Shown in pieces: positions 52,576 through 60,074 of a stretch of DNA of 64,000 nucleotides (position 1 is the first letter of the stretch; each line of letters starts with the position of its first letter). This DNA comes from an uncultured Actinomycetota bacterium (GTDB lineage: Bacteria > Actinomycetota > Actinomycetes > S36-B12 > UBA10799). The position numbers and the translations under genes are program-made. Location of the stretch: contig CAVSZD010000003.1 in NCBI GenBank assembly GCA_963732355.1, positions 76,370 through 140,369 of the forward strand, read 5' to 3'. The notes below the pieces were generated by a model, which was not told the DNA's origin, searched no databases, and worked only from the letters and a program-made list of their open reading frames with translations.

Positions 52576-53445
52576 ATGCTTCTGTCCGGCTCGCTCGAGG
52601 CCTTCCGCGTCCAGGATCTTCTGGGTCTGGTGGGTCGCAAGCCCGGGCAGTGGCTGATCAGTGTGAATTCCGGGCCCAAGCGGGCCTACATAGGGCTTCG
52701 AGACCGGGCTGTCGTGTGCGTCTCAGCCGACGAGGACCACGAGGATCTGGCCAGGCGGCTCGTCGTCGAAGGTGCTGTTGGCACCACGGGTCTGGCAGAG
52801 GCCATGAAGCATGCCAACGAACAGGGCCTTGGGTTGGTGCGTGCTTTGGTCGATAGCGACAGGGTGGACCCTTCCGGGATCGAGCCGATGGTACGCGCCC
52901 ACGTTGTGAGCGCGCTGGCCGCGCTGAGCCATTGGCGCACAGGGGCGTTCACCGCCGACGTCGTGGATGTGTTGCCCGACGATCTAGGTCCGGCCTTCAC
53001 TTTGGCTGACATCGGCCCCGAGGTCAGCCACCTGCTGCAGCGCTGGCGCCCCGCTTCGGACGCGCTCGGGGGCCCGAAGACGGTCATGGCCGTTTACCCC
53101 GGCCAGGTGCCCGTGCGCCTGACCGGACTGCACTCGCTCATCGACGGGCACCGCAACGTCATGGAACTCATCGAGGCCTCCGGGCACGGTGAGATCGGCA
53201 CCGTGGTGGATCTGGCCGACCTCGTCGAATCCGGGTGTGCTGCCCCGATCACGGGCAAGGTTGGAGCAGTGGAACAGCGCCTGGCGATGCTCGCGGCGAT
53301 GGAGCACTCCGGATCCAAGCGGCCCACCGAACAACCCCGCTTCTCAGTGATAGAGGGCGGCGAGAATCAGTCGAGTCCCCCTGTCGTGGCGCAGCCCGAG
53401 GACGATCTGCTCACAGCCCTGATCAAGGGGGTGCGGGGCGTATGA
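52576..53445 (+). CDS. DUF4388 (PATAN-like) domain protein
   Basis: N-terminal LSGSLEAFRVQDLLGLVGRKPGQWLISV matches the G.L..f.l.dllq...G.L pattern of DUF4388. Its stop overlaps the pilB ATG. Confidence 0.55.
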   Translation: MLLSGSLEAFRVQDLLGLVGRKPGQWLISVNSGPKRAYIGLRDRAVVCVSADEDHEDLARRLVVEGAVGTTGLAEAMKHANEQGLGLVRALVDSDRVDPSGIEPMVRAHVVSALAALSHWRTGAFTADVVDVLPDDLGPAFTLADIGPEVSHLLQRWRPASDALGGPKTVMAVYPGQVPVRLTGLHSLIDGHRNVMELIEASGHGEIGTVVDLADLVESGCAAPITGKVGAVEQRLAMLAAMEHSGSKRPTEQPRFSVIEGGENQSSPPVVAQPEDDLLTALIKGVRGV

Positions 53446-55106
53446 AGCAACTGGGCGAGATCCTCGTGTCCCAAGGCCTGATCAGCCACGACCAGTTGGA
53501 CAAGGCGCTCACCGAGCAGCGCGGGGCAGGACACTCCCTGGGCAGAGTCCTGATCGATCTCGGGATCCTCACGGAGTCGCAAGTCGTGCAGGCCCTGGCA
53601 GCCCAGATCGGGATGCGATTCGTGGATCTCACCGAGTTCACCCTCGACGGCGCGGCGCTGACGAAGGTGCCCGGCAGCGTGTGCCGTCGACATAGTTCCA
53701 TCCCCATCGGTTTTGAGAATGGCCGTCTGCTGGTGGCGATGAGTGACCCGGCGAACGTCTTCGCCATCGATGACATCCGCTCGGCCAGTGGCATGAGTGT
53801 CCAGGCCGTGGTCGCCACACGCACCGACGTACAGGCGGCGCTCGACCGGCACTACCGGGCCGACGGCGAGCTGGATGAGTTGACGACCGCTCTGGACGCC
53901 GACGAGGAGGACGAGGACCTCGCATCCATCAAAGAGGTCGTCGAGGACGCTCCCATCGTCAAGTTCGTGAACCTGCTGATCACGCAGGGTATACAGGACC
54001 GTGCCTCAGACATCCATCTCGAACCGACCGAGTTCGATCTGCGGGTGAGATATCGCATCGACGGCGTCCTGCACGAAGTGATGCGCTCACCGAAGTCCAT
54101 ACAGTCCGGGGTCATCAGCCGTCTGAAGATCATGTCGGACATCAACATCGCCGAGAGGCGTATCCCGCAGGACGGCCGGATGAGCGTGACCGCCAACGGC
54201 CAGAAGATCGACCTGCGCGTCGCGACCCTGCCCACGGTCTGGGGCGAGAAGATCGTCCTGCGGATTCTGGACAACTCCACGGCGATGCTGGACCTTGCCG
54301 ACCTGGGCTTCCGCGACGTCAACTACGAGCGATACTCGGCCAGTTTCGGCAAGCCGTACGGGATGATCCTCGTTGTGGGCCCGACGGGATCGGGCAAGTC
54401 GACGACGTTGTACGCGACCGTGAACATCCTCAACCGCCCTGAGGTCAATGTCATCACCGTCGAGGACCCCGTGGAGTACCGGTTGGCGGGGGTCAACCAG
54501 GTGCAGACCCACGCCAAGGCAGGCCTCACGTTCGCTGCAGCGTTGCGATCGATCCTGCGCTCCGACCCTGACATAGTGCTCATCGGTGAGGTCCGCGACC
54601 ATGAGACGGCCCAGATCGCGGTCGAGTCCGCGTTGACCGGCCACCTCGTTCTGTCCACGTTGCACACCAACGACGCACCGAGCGCGATCACCCGGTTGAT
54701 CGAGATGGGGATCGAACCGTTCCTGGTCGGATCGGCGGTCGACTGCGTGCTCGCCCAGCGCCTGGCCCGGCGGTTGTGCCCCAAATGCAAAGAGGCCTAC
54801 CAGCCCACGGTGGCAGCGTTGCAGGCTGCCGGACTAGCGCTGGAGCCCGGGCAGAGTCCGCCGCGGATCTACCGGCCGGTCGGCTGCTCAGTCTGTTCGC
54901 GCACCGGTTACAAGGGCCGTGTGGCCCTGCACGAGGTGCTGCCGATCACCGAACGCATCGAGCACCTGGCCGTCGAGCGGGCATCCTCTGCCACCATTGC
55001 GCTCGCCGCCCGGGAAGAGGGCATGCAGACACTTCGTCAGGACGGTCTGGCCAAGGTGCTGGCTGGCGTCACCAGTCTGGACGAGGTCCTTCGCGTCGTC
55101 GCCTGA
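53442..55106 (+). CDS. pilB: type IV pilus assembly ATPase PilB (GspE family)
   Basis: ATG at 53442 (ATGA overlap). MshEN-like N-terminus (LGEILVSQGLISHDQLDKAL), [13 protein letters not shown] Walker A, tetracysteine CPKC...CSVC motif. Confidence 0.9.
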   Translation: MKQLGEILVSQGLISHDQLDKALTEQRGAGHSLGRVLIDLGILTESQVVQALAAQIGMRFVDLTEFTLDGAALTKVPGSVCRRHSSIPIGFENGRLLVAMSDPANVFAIDDIRSASGMSVQAVVATRTDVQAALDRHYRADGELDELTTALDADEEDEDLASIKEVVEDAPIVKFVNLLITQGIQDRASDIHLEPTEFDLRVRYRIDGVLHEVMRSPKSIQSGVISRLKIMSDINIAERRIPQDGRMSVTANGQKIDLRVATLPTVWGEKIVLRILDNSTAMLDLADLGFRDVNYERYSASFGKPYGMILVVGPTGSGKSTTLYATVNILNRPEVNVITVEDPVEYRLAGVNQVQTHAKAGLTFAAALRSILRSDPDIVLIGEVRDHETAQIAVESALTGHLVLSTLHTNDAPSAITRLIEMGIEPFLVGSAVDCVLAQRLARRLCPKCKEAYQPTVAALQAAGLALEPGQSPPRIYRPVGCSVCSRTGYKGRVALHEVLPITERIEHLAVERASSATIALAAREEGMQTLRQDGLAKVLAGVTSLDEVLRVVA

Positions 55107-55169
55107 CCCCGCGGCTGCCTCAAGGCCATCCGTGGATGTGCCGACACCGACTGTGAGTCCTCGTGGAGG

Positions 55170-56317
55170 TTGTCGATGTCGGTTCAGAACATGCACGCGC
55201 CCCCGGTTCCAGCGCGGCCAACCACCGAACAGCAGGTGCAAGCCGGCGACATCAGCCTGGTCCAGGCACTTGAAGCCATGTTGGATCTCGGCGCGAGTGA
55301 CCTGCACCTGACCGCGGGTGCACCCCCGACGGTGCGCGTCGCGGGCAACTTGCAGCCTCTGACGGGGGCCCCGCGCATGGATCCCGCTGCGCTGCAACGG
55401 GTGCTGTACGCGATGCTCACGCAGGAGCAGCGGGAGACCTTCGAACAAGCACTCGAACTCGACTTCTCCTACGCGCTGCCAAGGCGTGCTCGGTTCCGCG
55501 TGAACCTCTACCGGCAGCGCGACGCTCTCGGGGCGGCCTTCCGCATGATTCCCGTACGAGATCAAAGACCTCGACTCGTTGGGCATCCCGCCGGCCGTGG
55601 CGAACTTCGCTTCACTGCCGCGTGGGTTCGTTCTGGTGACCGGACCAACCGGTTCGGGCAAGAGCACGACGCTGGCGGCCCTCATCGACATCGTCAATAC
55701 GAACCGTCACGACCACATCATGACCGTCGAGGATCCCATCGAGTTCCTGCACCGGCACCGCAACTGCCTTGTGAACCAGCGCGAGGTCGGTCACGACACC
55801 CACTCGTTCGCTGAGGCGCTCAAGCACGTACTGCGCCAGGACCCCGACGTCATCCTGGTCGGGGAGATGCGTGACCTCGAAACGATCCAGGTTGCGCTCA
55901 CCGCCGCTGAGACCGGCCACCTGGTGTTCGCAACCCTGCACACCCAGGACGCGGCGCAGACCATCGACCGCATCATCGACGTCTTCCCGCCGCATCAACA
56001 GCAGCAGATCCGCCAGCAACTGGCGGGGACTCTTGCAGGGCGTCGTGTGCCAGACCTTGTGCAAGACCGTTGATGGGCGGGGCCGTGTAGCCGCGGCGGA
56101 GGTTCTGGTCGCCACACCGGCCATTCGCAACCTCATCCGTGAAGGGAAGACCCACCAGATCTACTCCGCCATGCAGGCGGGTGCGAAGTTCGGGATGCAG
56201 ACCATGGACCAGAACCTGGCTGAGCTCGTCCGGCGCAACAAGATCACCTACGAACTCGGGGTGGACAAATGCCATCACGTGGAGGACTTCAACCGGCTCA
56301 TGGGTAGGACCTCATGA
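55170..56317 (+). pseudogene. pilT: twitching-motility ATPase PilT, frame broken twice (+1 at about 55553-55555 and +1 at about 56032-56036)
   Basis: Three successive overlapping ORFs (55170-55814, 55579-56073, 55871-56317) each carry consecutive PilT segments: GASDLHLTAG...AFRMIP | [30 protein letters not shown] | LQGVVCQTL...ATPAIRNLIREGK. Confidence 0.85.
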
Positions 56318-57534
56318 GCCTGGCCACCTTCGACTATCAAGTCCGCGACCGGAGCGGCAAACTCGTTCGCGGGCGCATCGACGCGGAGTCGGCGTCCGTG
56401 GTGGCGACGAAGCTCAAGGGTATGGGGTACGCGCCGATCTCCATCGCCGAGGCGAACGCGGGCCTGAACAAGGAACTCCACATCCCGGGGATGGGAACGA
56501 AGGTCAAGCTGAAGGACCTCGCAATATCGTCGCGCCAGTTCGCAACGATGATCAACTCCGGGCTGTCCCTGCTGCGCGCTCTGTCCATCCTCGCCGAACA
56601 GACGGAGAACAAGAAGCTCGCGGAGGTCTTCGCCTCGGTGCGGATCGCGGTCGAGCAAGGGTCCTCGTTGTCCCAGGCGCTCGGACAGCACCCCGACGTC
56701 TTCCCGCCGATCATGGTCAACATGACCCGGGCGGGGGAGACCGGCGGGTTCCTGGACACCGTCTTGCTGCAACTGGCGGAGAACTTCGAGGCCGAGGTCA
56801 AACTGCGTTCCAAGATCAAGTCAGCGATGACCTACCCGGCGGTTGTCTTCGGCTTCGCGATCATCTCGATGACTGCGATGCTGCTGTTCATCGTTCCTGT
56901 ATTCGCCGGCCTGTTCGACAGTCTCGGCGGGGTGCTGCCGCTGCCCACCCGCATACTCGTGGCGCTGTCCTCGATGCTGAAGATGATGATGCCCGTCTTC
57001 ATCGTTCTGCTCATCGTCGGGATGACGCTCTGGCGCAAGTACAAGAACGACCCGCGAGTTCGAAACGTCGTCGATCCGATGAAACTCAAGGCGCCCGTCT
57101 TCGGTTCCCTGTTCCAGAAGGTCGCGTTGTCGCGCTTCAGCCGCAACCTCGGCACGATGATCCACGCGGGCGTACCGATCCTGCAGTCGCTGGACATCGT
57201 CGCCGACACCACCGGGAACGTGGTGATCGCCAGAGCCGTGCAGGACGTGGAAAAGTCGGTACGACAGGGCGAGTCCCTGGCCGCGCCACTGGTCAACCAC
57301 GACGTGTTCCCGTCGATGGTCGTGCAGATGATGGCGGTCGGGGAGGACACCGGTGCCCTCGACGCGATGCTGCACAAGATCTCCGACTTCTACGATGCGG
57401 AGGTGGAGGCCACGACTGAGGCGCTGACCTCCATCATCGAGCCGATCATGATCGCCGTGGTGGGCGGCATGATCGGGGCCATGATCGTGGCCCTGTACAT
57501 GCCGATCTTCAAGATCTTCGACCTGATTAAGTAG
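56314..57534 (+). CDS. pilC: type IV pilus inner-membrane platform protein PilC (GspF family)
   Basis: 406 aa. Two T2SSF repeats (LSLLRALSILAEQTEN..., VPILQSLDIVADTTGN...), three TM regions. Confidence 0.9.
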   Translation: MSLATFDYQVRDRSGKLVRGRIDAESASVVATKLKGMGYAPISIAEANAGLNKELHIPGMGTKVKLKDLAISSRQFATMINSGLSLLRALSILAEQTENKKLAEVFASVRIAVEQGSSLSQALGQHPDVFPPIMVNMTRAGETGGFLDTVLLQLAENFEAEVKLRSKIKSAMTYPAVVFGFAIISMTAMLLFIVPVFAGLFDSLGGVLPLPTRILVALSSMLKMMMPVFIVLLIVGMTLWRKYKNDPRVRNVVDPMKLKAPVFGSLFQKVALSRFSRNLGTMIHAGVPILQSLDIVADTTGNVVIARAVQDVEKSVRQGESLAAPLVNHDVFPSMVVQMMAVGEDTGALDAMLHKISDFYDAEVEATTEALTSIIEPIMIAVVGGMIGAMIVALYMPIFKIFDLIK

Positions 57535-57555
57535 GCGGTTGGCGCAATTATAATA

Positions 57556-57583
57556 ATAAAAAATTAAAAAAAAAATTATTAAG
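57556..57583 (+). repeat. left copy of the terminal imperfect direct repeat (AT-A6-TT-A10-TTATTAAG)
   Basis: Compare with 60053-60074 (AT-A5-TT-A9-TAAG). Same order of elements, differing by one A in each homopolymer and a TTAT insertion. Confidence 0.55.
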
Positions 57584-57736
57584 TTTGTAAAAAAATTCGT
57601 CCTCTCCGCAAGGACAGGTGTACGTGCCGAAAGCTGAGGTTATCAGCGACGATCAATGCTCTGACGCATAGCCGTGATCGATCAGGATATTCCAATGCTG
57701 ACAGACGCTGTCGTTATAATACGCTGCCAGTGTTTC

Positions 57737-57923
57737 GGTGATGATGTAAATATTGATAGGAAAAAAATAAAATAATTAAGTTTGTTTTGAAGAAAAATGT
57801 AAATAGAGTGAAAGAGTAATTTATGTGTGAAAATGAAAGAGATTAGTTGAAAAATGTTTAATTTTGTTTGTAGTATAATTATGAATGATTATGTTTTATT
57901 AAGATAAGTGGTGTATGTTTGTT
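57737..57923 (+). other. C-free tract (187 nt, 0 C)
   Basis: Manual scan: only A, G and T on the + strand. Confidence 0.85.
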
Positions 57924-57999
57924 CAGATGCTCGATTGTGGACGTCAAGATCGTATATGTGATTCTCTCTCGACCTCAGTATGAGTCGCTGAAGAGATTC

Positions 58000-58616
58000 G
58001 AGATGGTATGTAATAAAAGAAATTTAATAAGTTAGATGAGATAAAAAATTGAAAAAAATTTTGAAGTTTATAAAAATAATAAAGAGTAATGAACGGTGAG
58101 GAAAAGGAAAGGAAGAGTGATTGGAAATAAGGATGAAAATAGAGATAGATGTAGTGATGGAAATAAAGAATGAAAAATAATTTTATATAAAGTTGAAAGA
58201 AGTTGAAGAAGGAAAGATGAATAAAATATTAGATGATAATGTGATGGATGATGTAATTAGAAAGAAGATAAATAAAATGAAAGAATTAAAGTAGTAGAAT
58301 TGTAGGAAGTATATGGAATTTAAGTAAAAAATTAGAAATAAATGATAAGAAATAATATTATTGAGAGAAGAGTGTGATTGAATGAAATGTAGGATATAAT
58401 GAATTGTAATTAAGAAAAGTGTAGAAGATTAAGGATATTAGGTGGATAAAAGATGTGAAATATGATGGATTATATAGTAGATGGAGTTTAAAAATTGAAA
58501 TGATTTAGAAAATGGATGGAAATTTAAATATGGGATAGGTATACTAAATTTGATTAGTGTTTGAGATATACTGAGAAATATAAATGATGTTGATTGAAGA
58601 AGTGGTGTGAGAATAT
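58000..58616 (+). other. C-depleted tract (617 nt, 3 C; 58095-58543 has none)
   Basis: Manual scan: C only at 58094, 58544 and 58571. Example 58101-58160 = 28 A, 21 G, 11 T, 0 C. Confidence 0.85.
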
Positions 58617-58761
58617 CCTGATGGCGATGACCAAGTGGATGTGACGGCGCGGCTCGAACGCGGCGTCATCCCAGTTTATGAATGCCGGTGTTTACAGGGT
58701 GTTATAGTGAAGTTTACGTTGAAAGGACTGGCTGTTCGAGGTAAGGCGGAGATGACCTTCC

Positions 58762-58986
58762 ATAGAGAAGTGAGATAAAAAGAGGAAATTAGTAAATTGT
58801 TTAAAGGTTGAATGGTAGTATATTGAAGAATAAGAATGTGAAAATTAGAATGTGAAAAAAGGTAAAAGAAAGTAGAAGTTGAGAAAATTTGTAGTAGTAA
58901 AGATATATTAGTGAATGAGAAAGATATAAGTTTAGGAAATGAGATAAGGATAATTTAATGATGATGGAGTAGAATTTGTTAAATTG
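58762..58986 (+). other. C-free tract (225 nt, 0 C)
   Basis: Manual scan. Confidence 0.85.
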
Positions 58987-59059
58987 CGGCGTAGTCCCGT
59001 CGATTGGGTTGCTGCGTGGCCCATCAGTGTAAGATTCTACAGCTGCCAGTCGATCAAGC

Positions 59060-59199
59060 GAATATATATAATATAGGAAATAAGTATGAGTAAAAGGATA
59101 ATATAATATAAGAAGAGATATGTTTGAGAATTTGATTATTGAAATAAAAAGAAATGAATTTGAATGAAAGAATAAGAGTTGTAGTAAGGAAGAAAAAGT
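59060..59199 (+). other. C-free tract (140 nt, 0 C)
   Basis: Manual scan. Confidence 0.85.
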
Positions 59200-59396
59200 C
59201 GTTGAACCACTTGATGTGCGGCTTCACGGAGGCATGCGAGCATTTGAAGTTCTCGTTACGTATATGATCGGCCGAGCGTTCGCGAGTCGAAACTGGCATT
59301 ATAGCCTGTAAAGAGGCTAGTGCGGAATGCTTGATGAGTATTACGCGTTATCGCGGACGCGTAGCTGTGGAACGATGGTTGCGAGGTGATGAGGTC

Positions 59397-59506
59397 TTGT
59401 GAAATTATATGTAGAAGTTGTATAGAGATATAGAATTTTAATGATTAGAGATTGAGACTGAAATAGTTATTGGAAATTTGGATAATTTAGTAAAGTTGGT
59501 TAAATG
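59397..59506 (+). other. C-depleted tract (110 nt, 1 C at 59458)
   Basis: Manual scan. Confidence 0.85.
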
Positions 59507-60052
59507 CGTAGCAGGGGTGCCAGTGCCGATCCGGTCAATAAAATATAATTATTTTCGACCGTTTCCGTCGACGAACAGGATGTGGAATGGTCAATCGAAC
59601 TGGGTTTCGTGAGCGACTGCTGATACCAGGACCGGTAGATTCAGTCGCGATTTCATGAACGTGGAAGAGGTCGCTTCATCGCGTGGGCAACGACTCGTGT
59701 TACGTGTGGATTGCTGCGATACGAAGTAACGGCGCTCCGCGGATCCCGCCTGGCGGATTTAGCCTAATCAATAGTTTCTAGCGATAACGCTGCGATTGAT
59801 CGTTCAGTAGAATGGCTGCATAGAGAAGTTACCAGTGCATGCGATGGTGTATGATTCAAGAATCAGTACAGCAAGCAGCGTAGTTTCCATTGACTCGTAC
59901 TTCAAGAACGGTATGGCGTTGGCTGAACGGAGGCAAACGCAATCGGAGCTTGGCGGATATGGTTCACGGAACTCGACGTATCTATTCTTCGCAGCAGAAT
60001 CCTGACATCTTGGTGACGGCGGTATTCCGCTGCTAAATGATGATTCGTTAAT

Positions 60053-60074
60053 ATAAAAATTAAAAAAAAATAAG
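60053..60074 (+). repeat. right copy of the terminal imperfect direct repeat (AT-A5-TT-A9-TAAG)
   Basis: See 57556-57583. It ends exactly where the tniB remnant begins. Confidence 0.55.

Larger units (their letters stand above)
57546..60073. other. compositionally alien, ORF-poor mosaic block. C-depleted AT/purine-rich tracts alternate with about 50% G+C islands. Nature unknown.
   Basis: Abrupt composition change 11 nt after the pilC stop. The ORF track has no ORF of 60 aa or more on either strand between 57535 and 59053. Seven tracts total 1,358 nt with only 4 C on the + strand (manual count). Confidence 0.9.

Noticed and set aside
58050-58085. Phased A-tracts (about 9-10 nt spacing at 58053, 58062, 58072, 58081) suggesting intrinsically curved DNA or an origin-like DUE
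   Set aside because: Only four consecutive tracts show the spacing. The rest of the tract does not keep phase by eye, and no iterons or DnaA-box-like repeats were found. This needs a computed periodicity test before it can be claimed.
58000-58616. Protein-coding, alternative-code or hidden-text reading of the C-free tracts
   Set aside because: In the frame I translated fully there are 23 stops in about 206 codons. That is what random draws from the observed A/G/T composition predict (about 12%). The longest open run (38 codons, FYIKLKEVEEGKMNKILDDNVMDDVIRKKINKMKELK) is within chance expectation, and the peptide strings are not readable text. I could not test other encodings by hand.
58637-58671. 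Hairpin in island 3 as an intrinsic terminator or ncRNA element
   Set aside because: The stem is imperfect (a bulge and a mismatch), no U-tract follows, and it has no conserved context. One such hairpin in about 1.2 kb of roughly 50% G+C sequence is expected by chance. It is kept only as a note in the island finding.
59054-59299. 81-aa - strand ORF (…FFFLTTTLILSFKFISFYFNNQILKHISSYIILSFYSYLFPILYIFA)
   Set aside because: It runs mostly through a tract that has no G on the - strand, where only TAA can terminate. The F/L/I/S/Y-rich translation is a composition artefact.
57546-60073. Interpretation of the alternating block as a CRISPR array
   Set aside because: The separating tracts vary from 110 to 617 nt and share composition but no conserved repeat sequence. 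The island lengths (73-540 nt) are irregular. No cas genes or leader are present.
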